From Candidatus Amesbacteria bacterium GW2011_GWC2_45_19 (GTDB lineage: Bacteria > Patescibacteriota > Microgenomatia > CAZETR01 > Amesbacteraceae): 64,000 nt of DNA. Location: NCBI GenBank assembly GCA_001001555.1, contig LCKS01000001.1, positions 82,066 through 146,065 of the forward strand. The letters are read 5' to 3'. The notes beneath the pieces are model-generated. The model worked only from the letters and a program-made list of their open reading frames with translations, was not told the DNA's origin and did not search any database. Positions 17,707 through 27,549 of this stretch are shown one piece after another (positions within the stretch are counted from its first letter, which is position 1; every line of letters begins with the position of its first letter). The translations under genes and the position numbers were made by a program.

Positions 17707-18905
17707 CCAAAACCATCGCGATTTTGGCAGTTGTTGGTCTGGCTATCCGCTTGGTACTTATCCCCATTACCATGCACGCCGACTTCCGGGCTTATAACCT
17801 GGCTGCCTATCTCATTACCCAAAAAGGCCAGCTCTTGGGTTTTTACGATTATATTAGCCGTCTCCCCCGCACCGATAGAATTTTAGAGGTCTTCATGGAT
17901 GATGGGCTGTTTATTTATCCCCCGCTGGCATATCTCACCCACGCTCTGTTTATGTGGTTATTAAGCCCTTTTTATCCCTGGCAGACTCTCAATACCCTCA
18001 TTTTATATTTTGATCATGTCCGTCCCGATCCGAATTTACCTTGGTTACTGTATTTGCTGAAACTCCCTTATTTAATAACTGACGCTGCCGGATTATTTAT
18101 TCTTCTCAAATTAGTCGACCCCCGGCGCCGGCTTTTGGCCGCATCTTTATGGATTTTTAACCCCGTCACTATTTACTCGGCTTATATGCTGGCCCAGCTT
18201 GATATTTATATTGCCGTGTTTTTACTGCTGGTCTTGCTGGCGGTTGCCCGGGGCCGGTCGCTTTGGGCCGCTGTATTTATTGGTATCGCCGCCGGATTCA
18301 AGCCTTTCCCCCTACTCCTGGCCCCCTTCTTAGGCCAGGGATTATGGGGCAAGGCCAAACACACCGGCCTGGCCTTGCTCACCTATTTGGTCATAATTTC
18401 TCCTTATCTATCGTCGCCCGCTTTCAAACAATACGCCCTGCTGGCCAATCAGACAGAAAAACTCTGGTTTGCCAAAGTCCCCGTTTCCGGCGGCCAATAT
18501 ATTTCCATTTTTTTGTTGGGATTGGTACTTCTGCTGTGGTGGAATTTCTATAAACCCAAAGCTATGTCCCTGGCCGGCTGGATTACTTCTGCGCTATTAC
18601 TCTTTTTTTCCGTAGTCCATTACCATGTCCAATGGTTTACCTGGGTCGTTCCTTCGCTCATCGTTGTCTTAACCACTAAAAAACTTCTCCTGCCGTCGGT
18701 AGTTCTGATGATTTGTTATGCAGTTATCGTTCTCTTGGGCGAACAGACATTATTTTTTGGCCTTTTTGGCAGCAACTTTTCTTTGGCATCCAAATTTACA
18801 TTGATACCAGTCGATCAATTCCTCTCTTTAACTAGATCTGTTTTTGCCGCCACCTCTGTTTATCTGATATGCGCAGATACTTCTCAAAACCGCACCGGCA
18901 AATGA
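17703..18905 (+). CDS. GT87-like GT-C membrane glycosyltransferase
   Basis: HADF, FIYPPL, LKLPY, FNP, QLD, FKPFP, QWFTW. Confidence 0.75.
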   Translation: MTKTIAILAVVGLAIRLVLIPITMHADFRAYNLAAYLITQKGQLLGFYDYISRLPRTDRILEVFMDDGLFIYPPLAYLTHALFMWLLSPFYPWQTLNTLILYFDHVRPDPNLPWLLYLLKLPYLITDAAGLFILLKLVDPRRRLLAASLWIFNPVTIYSAYMLAQLDIYIAVFLLLVLLAVARGRSLWAAVFIGIAAGFKPFPLLLAPFLGQGLWGKAKHTGLALLTYLVIISPYLSSPAFKQYALLANQTEKLWFAKVPVSGGQYISIFLLGLVLLLWWNFYKPKAMSLAGWITSALLLFFSVVHYHVQWFTWVVPSLIVVLTTKKLLLPSVVLMICYAVIVLLGEQTLFFGLFGSNFSLASKFTLIPVDQFLSLTRSVFAATSVYLICADTSQNRTGK

Positions 18906-19699
18906 CCACATCAGTAGTTATCTCCAGCTTTAACGGCCAAAAACATCTGGCAAAAAACTTGCCGGCGGTTATGGCTCTGGGAGCCGATGAAGTAGTTATC
19001 GTCGATGACGCTTCCACTGATGACACAGTCCAGTTTCTGACCGCTAAATACCCAGCCGTTAAACTCGTTCGCCACTCCCGTAATCAGCGTTTTCCTATTA
19101 CCGTCAACGATGGTTTTGCCGCCGCTTCGGGTGATATAGTTTTCCTTCTTAACCAGGACGTTAATCCCCAGCCTGATTTAATTAAAAAAACCCTGCCGCA
19201 TTTTTCCAACCCGCGGGTTTTTGCTGTGACCTTTAATGAAGAAGGCCGGTCCTGGGCGGACGGGGGATGGGTTAAAGGTTTTTTGGAATTCAAAAATGGA
19301 AGGCGGGACAATCGCATTCATCAGTCCCTCTGGGCCTCCGGCGGCAGCGCCGCCTTCCGCAAAGCCATTTGGGATCAGTTGGGCGGCTTCGACCCTATTT
19401 TTACGCCCGGTTATTTCGAGGATTTAGACTTGGGGTTGCGGGCCGCGCGGGCCGGCTACAAAATTCTCTGGGTTCCTGCCTGCCGCGTAACCCATACTCC
19501 GGAAACGTCATTTAATAAGGCTTTTTCTCCCCGCCATCTTCAATACTTTAAAGACCGTAATTATCTGCTGGCCATGTGGAAAAATATGCCCCCTGGTCTG
19601 TGGCCGGTTCATCTCACTACTCTTTTCGGCCGCAGCTTGCGCCATCCCGGATTTGTTATTCCCACCGCTTGGGCTTTATGGAAAAAGTTAGCGTCATAA
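18902..19699 (+). CDS. GT2 glycosyltransferase
   Basis: VDDASTD, LLNQDV, LGGFD, YFEDLDL. Confidence 0.88.
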   Translation: MTTSVVISSFNGQKHLAKNLPAVMALGADEVVIVDDASTDDTVQFLTAKYPAVKLVRHSRNQRFPITVNDGFAAASGDIVFLLNQDVNPQPDLIKKTLPHFSNPRVFAVTFNEEGRSWADGGWVKGFLEFKNGRRDNRIHQSLWASGGSAAFRKAIWDQLGGFDPIFTPGYFEDLDLGLRAARAGYKILWVPACRVTHTPETSFNKAFSPRHLQYFKDRNYLLAMWKNMPPGLWPVHLTTLFGRSLRHPGFVIPTAWALWKKLAS

Positions 19700-20457
19700 C
19701 CGTCAATTGGAACGTAGCTGAATCATTAGCTCGTTGCCTAAACTCAATTCGGACTACCAAATATCCTAATTTAGAAGTCATAGTTATCGACAACGCTTCT
19801 TCCACCCCCATTCATCCCAAAGGCGTCATCTTTATTCAGAATCAAACTAATATTGGCCTGCCCCGAGCTTGGAACCAAGGTCTAGAACAAGCGACGGGAG
19901 ATTATATTCTAATCCTTAATCCCGACACCCGCCTCTCTGCCGATTTTTTTACTAAATCTATCGCATATCTCAAATCCCATCCCGGCGTGGGCGTGCTCGG
20001 TCCCAAATTTCTCGACCCCGACGGCACTCCCCAGGGTTCTGTTTTCCCCGAGCCGTCTATTATTGCCGCCATCCGTGAATACTGGCTGGGCCAAAAAGGC
20101 CTAACCCAGAAACATACTCCCCTCAACTCACAACCCACAACCGTCTCCTCAATTTCCGGCGCCTGTATGTTCTTGCCCAAATCTACGGTCGTACAAGTGG
20201 GCAAATTTACCGAAAAAGTTTTTATGTATTACGAAGACCTGGACTATTGCCGCCGCCTGCGCCGCGCCGGACTGAAAATAATTTTTCACCCAGGAATCAC
20301 AATTGTTCACGAGCACGGCCAAAGTGCAGCCAAGTCCGGCGGCTCTGCCCAGAAATACCTCCGCGATGCCTCCCTGTGGTACAATGGCCCCATAAAGCAC
20401 TATCTCCTTTGGTTTATTACTTGGACGGGCCAAAAGATACTAAAAATATTAGCGTAA
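19678..20457 (+). CDS. GT2 glycosyltransferase (WbbL-like)
   Basis: IDNAS, ILNPD, SGACM, FMYYEDLDYC. Confidence 0.88.
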   Translation: MEKVSVITVNWNVAESLARCLNSIRTTKYPNLEVIVIDNASSTPIHPKGVIFIQNQTNIGLPRAWNQGLEQATGDYILILNPDTRLSADFFTKSIAYLKSHPGVGVLGPKFLDPDGTPQGSVFPEPSIIAAIREYWLGQKGLTQKHTPLNSQPTTVSSISGACMFLPKSTVVQVGKFTEKVFMYYEDLDYCRRLRRAGLKIIFHPGITIVHEHGQSAAKSGGSAQKYLRDASLWYNGPIKHYLLWFITWTGQKILKILA

Positions 20458-20471
20458 GGGTGATGCTGTGC

Positions 20472-20509
20472 TAATCCCGTTTTTTCACGGCCGCGAAAAA
20501 ATGGGATTA
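20472..20509. terminator. Hairpin between convergent genes (bidirectional terminator or REP-like element)
   Basis: TAATCCCGTTTTTTC...GAAAAAATGGGATTA, a 15-bp stem with one G-T pair. Confidence 0.5.
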
Positions 20510-20529
20510 ATGGAGCGTGGGAGTTATCT

Positions 20530-21393
20530 CTAAACTTCTTCTACTAATTCCGGAAGGACCTGGATATAGGCTCTAACTAAATCCCACTTTCCCCACACGG
20601 CCCAGGCGGGAATTCTAATAGCACAGCCAAAAAGTAAAACCAACTTTAGCAGAAACCGTTCAGGAGCCGAATTGTATTTTTTAAACCAATACAGATAACC
20701 ACGCATTTCTCCCAAAAAAGAATTGGCGTAGGTTTTAACGCTTTGGCGAGCCAGATGCACACATTGGGCGCCCGGAAAATAATAGGTATCAAAGCCGGAT
20801 TTTTGGGTGCGGTACATCCATTCGGTTTCCTCTCCATACATATAAAAATTCTCGTCAACCCCCCCGGTTTTTTCGTAGACTCCACGCTTGAGCATCACAA
20901 AAGCCCCCATCACCCAGTCGACTTTTTGTGTGGTAGTAAATCTGGATAGGTCGCGGACGTGGACCGAATCGACGAATTTACGGATAACTGGGAAGTTGTC
21001 AACAAAGATTTGAAACTGAAGAATCCTGCGCAGAGTGGGGAAATATCCCCAGGAAGGTTGTATCGACAGGTCTTCGTTGAGTAGTTGGCAACCTAAAACA
21101 TCGTAATCTAGGGCATAACACTTGGCTAGAGTATCCGGATAGACAAATGCGTCACTGTTAAGAAGCAAAATTTTATCGCCTTTAGCTACTCTCATACCTT
21201 TGTTGTTATTGGCTCCAAATCCCAGGCGGGTGGGATTATTAATTATTTTCACTTTCGGAAAAACCAGTTTATCTTCCGGGGTGTTATTAATTAAAATAGT
21301 CTCAAATTCTATTTCCCGGGATCTATACAAATGCTGCAAACATTTGAACGTGACATCCGGGGTTCCGTGATTTATGATAATTACAGATAGCAT
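20530..21393 (-). CDS. GT2 glycosyltransferase (WbbL-like)
   Basis: GFGANNN, LLNSDA, DWVMGAF, FYMYGEETE. Confidence 0.88.
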   Translation of the reverse strand: MLSVIIINHGTPDVTFKCLQHLYRSREIEFETILINNTPEDKLVFPKVKIINNPTRLGFGANNNKGMRVAKGDKILLLNSDAFVYPDTLAKCYALDYDVLGCQLLNEDLSIQPSWGYFPTLRRILQFQIFVDNFPVIRKFVDSVHVRDLSRFTTTQKVDWVMGAFVMLKRGVYEKTGGVDENFYMYGEETEWMYRTQKSGFDTYYFPGAQCVHLARQSVKTYANSFLGEMRGYLYWFKKYNSAPERFLLKLVLLFGCAIRIPAWAVWGKWDLVRAYIQVLPELVEEV

Positions 21394-22987
21394 GAGCTGG
21401 ATTCTTAGCCTTATTTTAGCACTTAGCCTTATTTTACGCGTTGGGTTGTTGAATCAGGTTCCTCCGGAACTATTTGGTGATGAAGTCGACGTAGGTTACC
21501 AAGCCAGATCGCTCTTGCAAACCGGTCGGGATTTGTACGGCCAGGTATTGCCCACCTATATTCATTCTCTGGCCGAGTGGCGGGCCCCGCTTCTGATGTA
21601 CGCCACCGTTCCCACCATAGCTGTCTTTGACAACTCCGTCCGGGGCGTCCGCCTGCCGGAAGTCATTTTTGGTACTCTTGGCCCCCTGATTCTATTTCTT
21701 TTGGTTTACCAAATTTCGAAATCTTGGAAGTTTGGAGTTTTGGCGTTTTTGGTTATGGCCACCATGCCCTGGCATATTTATTATTCCCGGGCCGCCTTCG
21801 AAGTGGTTCTCATGCTCAACCTGGTCATGTTGGGCACTCTCCTTTTTCTTAAAAAACGTTTTGCACTTTGCACTTTGCACTTTGCACTAGCTATGTACAC
21901 TTACAGTACCGCCGTCCTATTTGTCCCGCTTTGGCTGGTTGTTCTGCACTTTCTTACTAAAACAAAACCCAAAGTTGTTTCCCTGTTATTATTTACGATT
22001 ATTGTTGCTCCATTGATATATCACATCGTCGCCGGCCCGGCCCGCGGCCGGTTTGGAGGTTTAAGTATTTTTAACCAGCAGGAACTGGTGAGAAATATTA
22101 ATGATTTGCGCCAGGAAGACAATAATCCCATCGCGCCCCTTTGGCACAACAAACCGGAAACTTACGCTTCGGCCATTATGGCCAATTACTTAAGAGCCTT
22201 TTCTACCGACTTTTTGTTTATCCGGGGCGATCCCATCTACCGCCACAGTATCCAGATAGTGGGTCAACTGTTAGCTATCTCTTCCCCGTTTGTGCTTCTG
22301 GGTTTGTGGTCCTTAGGCTCAAGGCGGCAATGGCTCTGGTTGTCCTGGCTGATTTTAGCTCCAATTCCGGCTGCCTTAACTGCCGACGGGGGATATCATG
22401 CTACCCGCCTCTTTCTCATGATCCCTCCTCTGGCCGTGGCCACCGGCACCGGTTTACTTTTAGTTCTGCAAAAATTACCCAGGATTTTAAATATCCTGTT
22501 AGTATTACTGTTTACTGTTTACATCGCGTGGCTGGGTCATTATTACGTGGCCCATTACGCCAAATCTTCCTGGCGCTGGTGGCACGTCGGGTTTGAGCAA
22601 GCGATGGTTCAATTAAACAAACTATCTCCTCAATACTCGCGGGTATTTATTAATAATACTTACGAACCGTCTTTAATTAGATTCTTGTTTTGGACCAATT
22701 ATTCTCCTGCCAAGTTTCACCGCCAATTCACTGTCGACCAGCCGCAGGATAACATCGTTCCCAATTACAACGGCTTTTCTCTGGACGGCAAATATTTCTT
22801 TGGCAATTTTAATAAATCAAACTGGACAGAATTTTTACTCCCCAACAGTCTGTATCTTATTTCCCAGCGCGACAATGTCGCCGGGGATTGGGACTGGCGC
22901 CGCACTCCGCCAGATAATATCCGCGTTCTCTTTACCAGCACCAATGCCTATGACCAGCCCGTCCTATATTTGATAACCAAGATATAA
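21392..22987 (+). CDS. ArnT/PMT-like GT-C glycosyltransferase
   Basis: GDEVDVGYQARSLLQTGRD, RLP, SRAAFE. Start may alternatively be 21374. Confidence 0.8.
   Translation: MSWILSLILALSLILRVGLLNQVPPELFGDEVDVGYQARSLLQTGRDLYGQVLPTYIHSLAEWRAPLLMYATVPTIAVFDNSVRGVRLPEVIFGTLGPLILFLLVYQISKSWKFGVLAFLVMATMPWHIYYSRAAFEVVLMLNLVMLGTLLFLKKRFALCTLHFALAMYTYSTAVLFVPLWLVVLHFLTKTKPKVVSLLLFTIIVAPLIYHIVAGPARGRFGGLSIFNQQELVRNINDLRQEDNNPIAPLWHNKPETYASAIMANYLRAFSTDFLFIRGDPIYRHSIQIVGQLLAISSPFVLLGLWSLGSRRQWLWLSWLILAPIPAALTADGGYHATRLFLMIPPLAVATGTGLLLVLQKLPRILNILLVLLFTVYIAWLGHYYVAHYAKSSWRWWHVGFEQAMVQLNKLSPQYSRVFINNTYEPSLIRFLFWTNYSPAKFHRQFTVDQPQDNIVPNYNGFSLDGKYFFGNFNKSNWTEFLLPNSLYLISQRDNVAGDWDWRRTPPDNIRVLFTSTNAYDQPVLYLITKI
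21860..21887 (+). repeat. Heptamer tandem repeat (TTTGCAC)x4 inside a GT-C gene
   Basis: Four perfect copies encoding FALCTLHFAL. Confidence 0.9.
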
Positions 22988-22988
22988 C

Positions 22989-24587
22989 ATGCGCCGTTTA
23001 TTAATTCTGGCCCTGATTATCGGATCGCTCACGCGTCTCTTGTGGATCTCCCGCTATCCGGCCGGATTCACTGCCGACGAAGCAGCTTTTGGCTACAATG
23101 CCTACTCGCTCTTGCTTACCGGCCGTGACGAATGGGGGACTCCCTGGTGGCAATTGTTTTTTACCAACCTCCGTTCCTTTGGGGATTATAAACTTCCCCT
23201 TTACGCTTTCCTGGCCGTTCCCTCCGTTAAAATATTTGGTCTGACTGAATTTGCCGTCCGCCTGCCCAACGCCATTTTTGGCATTCTGGCTATCACAAGC
23301 ATTTACTTACTGGCAAAAAAGTTATACCTCACCTCTCACCCCTCTCCTTTAAAAGGAGAGGGGAACGCAAGGGGTGAGGTACTGGGAGTAACTTCTGCAT
23401 TACTGCTAGCCATCAGCCCCTGGCATATTCAACTGTCCCGGGGTGCCTTTGAAGCCAATCTGGCCACCTTTCTCTTGCCGATGGGGATCTATCTGCTTCT
23501 GGAAAGCCATCCTCTCCTTTCCACCCTCTTTTTTATCGCCTCGGCCTACTCCTATCATTCCGCCAGACTAATATTGCCGTTCATCCTCGTTTTTCTTTTT
23601 ATATACTTCCGGGATAAATTCAAACCCCTATTAATTATTCCTCTTCTGATCTCGCTTTGGGGGCTGACTTCCCCCCGGGTGGCTGACGTAAGCATTTTCA
23701 GCCCTACCGATAACTGGTTAGGAGTAGCCACCCGCCGTTTTGAAGCCCGGGCCCTGGGTCTTCCGGACCAAATAGCCCGCGTTTTTTCCAACAAACTGGT
23801 TTATTCACTTTCTACATTCACCCAAAATTATATTTCCTATTTCTCTCCCAACTTTCTGTTCACCTCCGGGGCCGGCGAATCCTTTTACGGCATGATGCCG
23901 GGCAGGGGAGTGCTTTATTTGATTGAACTGCCAATTTTGATCATGGCCCTAATTTATTTCATCCGTCGGCCATCAAAACTATATTTACTATTACTTTTAC
24001 TATTACTAATCTCCCCTATTCCCGCCGCTTTGGCCAAAGGTCCCGGAGCCGCCGCCAACCGCGCGGCAATCATGCTTCCCTGGCTGGTAATTTTTCTCTC
24101 TACCATTATTGTCCGCCTTCCGCGCAAATGGCTGGCTCTTTTAGCCGGCGCTTACGTTATTAGCTTCGTCTTTTTCGTCGAGGATTATCTATATCATTCC
24201 TCTTATATTACCGCCCCTTCCATGTCTTACGGATGGCGGGAATTGGTGCCGCGCCTCAAGCCTTTTTCCGACCGCTTTTCCGATGTGCGCTTCAGCCGCT
24301 CTCTTTCCGAACCGCATATTTTTGTGGCTTTTTATTCCCGTTTCGATCCCCGGGAGTATCAAAAAGCCGCGGCTTCCTGGCCCCGCCATATCAAGTTTTT
24401 GGACCAGTTTGATGGTTATTATTTGGGTAAATACCGTTTCGGCGACATTCATCCCCAAGATCCGGTAATCACTCCTACACTTTTCATTGGTAAACCGGAG
24501 GATTTTCCCGCCGGTTTTCCCCAATATTTCCAGATTGATTATCCTTCTTCCCGGCCGGCTATCATAGTCGCCCAAAAACTTCCATGA
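22989..24587 (+). CDS. ArnT/PMT-like GT-C glycosyltransferase with an in-frame palindromic insert
   Basis: ADEAAFGYNAYSLLLTGRDEWG, FGDYKLP, SRGAFE. Confidence 0.82.
   Translation: MRRLLILALIIGSLTRLLWISRYPAGFTADEAAFGYNAYSLLLTGRDEWGTPWWQLFFTNLRSFGDYKLPLYAFLAVPSVKIFGLTEFAVRLPNAIFGILAITSIYLLAKKLYLTSHPSPLKGEGNARGEVLGVTSALLLAISPWHIQLSRGAFEANLATFLLPMGIYLLLESHPLLSTLFFIASAYSYHSARLILPFILVFLFIYFRDKFKPLLIIPLLISLWGLTSPRVADVSIFSPTDNWLGVATRRFEARALGLPDQIARVFSNKLVYSLSTFTQNYISYFSPNFLFTSGAGESFYGMMPGRGVLYLIELPILIMALIYFIRRPSKLYLLLLLLLLISPIPAALAKGPGAAANRAAIMLPWLVIFLSTIIVRLPRKWLALLAGAYVISFVFFVEDYLYHSSYITAPSMSYGWRELVPRLKPFSDRFSDVRFSRSLSEPHIFVAFYSRFDPREYQKAAASWPRHIKFLDQFDGYYLGKYRFGDIHPQDPVITPTLFIGKPEDFPAGFPQYFQIDYPSSRPAIIVAQKLP
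23325..23381. repeat. 57-nt nested-palindrome element, in frame (19 codons)
   Basis: Outer arms TACCTCACC/GGTGAGGTA; inner hairpin CCCCTCTCCTTT/AAAGGAGAGGGG. Confidence 0.85.
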
Positions 24588-26089
24588 AAAAATATATTTT
24601 TATCCTCTTGGTTCTTTTAATTCCCGCATTTTCTCTCATGCTCCGCCCGGGCATTTTTACCATGCATGACTTTCACCCTTTCCGGCAGTATGAATTTTCC
24701 CAATGCGTCGCCGCTAAAACTTTCCCCTGCCGCTGGGCCCCTGATGCCGGCATGGGTTACGGTGAACCGGTATTTAATTTTTACGGCCAATTTCCCTACT
24801 GGGTCGGGCAAATTTTTCACTCTCTGGGGTTACAAATCATTGATTCCGTCAAAGCCAATTTTATTCTGACCATCATAGTTTCGGCTGTCGGCATGTATTT
24901 GCTGGGCAAAAAATATTGGGGAAACTTGGGCGGGATGATCGCGGCCCTGTTTTACATTTATGCGCCTTACCGGGCGGTAGACGTCTGGGTCCGCGGCTCT
25001 CTCAACGAGGCTTACGCTCTGGCTCTATTTCCTTTTATATTTCTCTCGCTGGACAACTTTCTGGACGACCATCAGCCCCGGCACTTATGGTGGCTGGTTT
25101 TCTTTGCCTCCGCACTACTCATAACCCACAACTTATCCGCACTCATGATTGCTCCGTTTCTGGCCATTTGGGTTTTTAAGAAATTCCCCGTGCCCTTCTC
25201 CCGCCTGATTGCCGCGGCAGCCGCCGTTTTTCTCTTGAGTGCTTTTTATTTACTGCCGGTTATTTTTGAAAGCCGGTTAGTCACCCTGAATTTGACTACC
25301 AGCTCCTATTACAATTATCAGCTCCACTGGACTACTCTCAAACAACTCTTTATTTCCCGTTTCTGGGGTTACGGCGGCTCCACCTGGGGCCCCAATGATA
25401 CTATGAGTTTTTCTGTGGGCTACCTGCAATGGCTCGTCCCTCTATTTCTTCTTCTTCGCAAAAAGTCCCTCGCGTTTATCGCTTTTGGCTTCTTTGCCGT
25501 TTTTCTCACTCACGGCAAGTCGGAATTTATCTGGAAACTTTTTCCGCCCCTGGCTTATATCCAATTCCCTTGGCGTTTCCTGGCCGTCTCTACTTTCTTT
25601 TTGTCTCTTTCCTCCGGCGCCATCTCTCAAGTTTTCTCCAAAAAAATTCTAAGTCTCTTAATCATCTTAGTTATCTTAATTAACTTTTCTTTCTTCCGTC
25701 CGGATATTTGGCGCAGCATTGGAGATAAAGAACAATTCTCGGGAGCCTTGTGGGACGAACAGCGCTCTTCCGCTCTTCAGGATTTTTGGCCTAAGACGGC
25801 CAAACAACTTCCCACCGGTTTTGCCCCACGCCTCCCCCAGGTTTTACTTACTACTGACACTTATCAAAAAATCCAATACCCAATTGTTTATTTCCCCGGC
25901 TGGAAATCCCAAGTCGAGCTGTTTCCATCGGGCCCATTGGGCCTCATCACTGCCCGGGTTCCCCTGGGCACTCAAATTAACCTGAAATTTACCAACACCC
26001 CAATCAGAACCATCGGCAACATTACTAGTTTGGTCGCTTTGCTATGTCTCATCTTAAGTGGCTATTACTTATTACCGCGGCGGGTCTAA
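24584..26089 (+). CDS. GT-C membrane protein (PTPS-related/YfhO-like), paralog of 8730-10388
   Basis: MHD, GYGEPVFNFY, YAPYR, RGSLNE, QFPWRFL, YFPGW. Confidence 0.8.
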   Translation: MKKYIFILLVLLIPAFSLMLRPGIFTMHDFHPFRQYEFSQCVAAKTFPCRWAPDAGMGYGEPVFNFYGQFPYWVGQIFHSLGLQIIDSVKANFILTIIVSAVGMYLLGKKYWGNLGGMIAALFYIYAPYRAVDVWVRGSLNEAYALALFPFIFLSLDNFLDDHQPRHLWWLVFFASALLITHNLSALMIAPFLAIWVFKKFPVPFSRLIAAAAAVFLLSAFYLLPVIFESRLVTLNLTTSSYYNYQLHWTTLKQLFISRFWGYGGSTWGPNDTMSFSVGYLQWLVPLFLLLRKKSLAFIAFGFFAVFLTHGKSEFIWKLFPPLAYIQFPWRFLAVSTFFLSLSSGAISQVFSKKILSLLIILVILINFSFFRPDIWRSIGDKEQFSGALWDEQRSSALQDFWPKTAKQLPTGFAPRLPQVLLTTDTYQKIQYPIVYFPGWKSQVELFPSGPLGLITARVPLGTQINLKFTNTPIRTIGNITSLVALLCLILSGYYLLPRRV

Positions 26090-27549
26090 TTTTACGGCTG
26101 GCTGCCATTAATTTTTTGCCGCCCAGTCTCAACTGGGACGAAGTGTCACTGGGCTACAACGCTTACTCGCTTCTTAAAACCGGCCGGGATGAATGGGGAA
26201 CAGTTCTGCCCACTATTTTTCGCGCTTATGGCGATTACAAATTGCCTGTTTACGTTTATCTGGCCACAGTCATGCCCTTTTTTGTGCGCCTGCCCTCAAT
26301 CATTCTGGGCACCCTGCTCATTGTAATCACCTATCTATTAGGCCGCCGGCTATCTTCTCCGTTCGTGGGCTTGACTTCGGCTTTGCTGGTAGCCATCTCT
26401 CCCTGGACCTGGTGGATGTCCCGCATCGCATTGGAAGCCAATGTGGGGGTCTTGCTCATTGTCGTAGGTGTCTACTGTCTACTAATCCGTAAACTTAACT
26501 TGGGAATTCTCTTTTTGGGACTGTCAGTTTGGGCTTACAACTCCGCCCGTGTTTTCTCCCCCCTATTTTTATCCGCTTATTTTTTGATTTATCGTCCCAA
26601 ATTATCTATTGTCTCCTATTCTCTAATTTCTATTTTCCTCATCCCTATGATTATTCAGCTCTTGTCTCCGGTTGGTCAAGCCCGCCTCAACTGGCTGACT
26701 CTTTTGGATTCTGGAGCTATTTCCCGCATAGAGAACCTGCAAACCACCCGCCCCGGCGGCCGTCTGCTGTACAACAAGGCCACTTATTTTACCTACCGTT
26801 TCGTTCAAAATTACATCAGTTACTTTTCTCCCAATTTCTTATTTCTCAAGGGAGGAAACCATTATCAATTCAGCGTCCAAAACTTCGGCCTTCTTTATCT
26901 AATCTGTTTGCCATTTTTTTACATTGGGATTTTGAATTTATTTGGATCTTCGAATTTTAAATTTAGAATTTTACTTCTCATATGGCTCTTGTTGGCCCCA
27001 ATTGCTGGTAGTTTGACCCGTGACGCGCCTCATGTCTTACGCGCTGTCCCCCTGCTTCCTTTACCCATGCTGCTTATCTCCCTCGGCCTGGACCGTTTCG
27101 GCCGTAACGTTAAAGCCTTTTTCTTCACGGGTCTCCTAATATCTATTATCTACTATCTAGTATCCGCGAATAGTTACCGTAGTAACTATTCGCAATCTTG
27201 GCAATATGGTTATTCCCAGGTAGTTCAATTTATTAAACCCCGGTACTCCCAATACGACCAAATCGTTTTTACCAAAAAGTATGGGGAGCCTCACGAATTC
27301 GTGGCTTATTTCTGGCCCTGGGATCCCGCTGACTTTGCCAAAAATAAATCCTGGGACTACCACGCCAATTGGTATTGGGTAAACGCTTTGGATAAGATAA
27401 AGTTCGTAAACGATTGGGAGATTAAAAACATGGCCTTTAAACCGAACACTTTGGTTATTTCCAGTCCCGAAAGTGAAATTGCCGGCCGCGAGATAACCAG
27501 AATTAATTTTCTCGACGGCCAACCCGCCTTTATCATTTATGAGAAATAG
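26044..27549 (+). CDS. ArnT/PMT-like GT-C glycosyltransferase
   Basis: WDEVSLGYNAYSLLKTGRDEWG, YGDYKLP, SRIALE. Confidence 0.82.
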   Translation: MSHLKWLLLITAAGLILRLAAINFLPPSLNWDEVSLGYNAYSLLKTGRDEWGTVLPTIFRAYGDYKLPVYVYLATVMPFFVRLPSIILGTLLIVITYLLGRRLSSPFVGLTSALLVAISPWTWWMSRIALEANVGVLLIVVGVYCLLIRKLNLGILFLGLSVWAYNSARVFSPLFLSAYFLIYRPKLSIVSYSLISIFLIPMIIQLLSPVGQARLNWLTLLDSGAISRIENLQTTRPGGRLLYNKATYFTYRFVQNYISYFSPNFLFLKGGNHYQFSVQNFGLLYLICLPFFYIGILNLFGSSNFKFRILLLIWLLLAPIAGSLTRDAPHVLRAVPLLPLPMLLISLGLDRFGRNVKAFFFTGLLISIIYYLVSANSYRSNYSQSWQYGYSQVVQFIKPRYSQYDQIVFTKKYGEPHEFVAYFWPWDPADFAKNKSWDYHANWYWVNALDKIKFVNDWEIKNMAFKPNTLVISSPESEIAGREITRINFLDGQPAFIIYEK

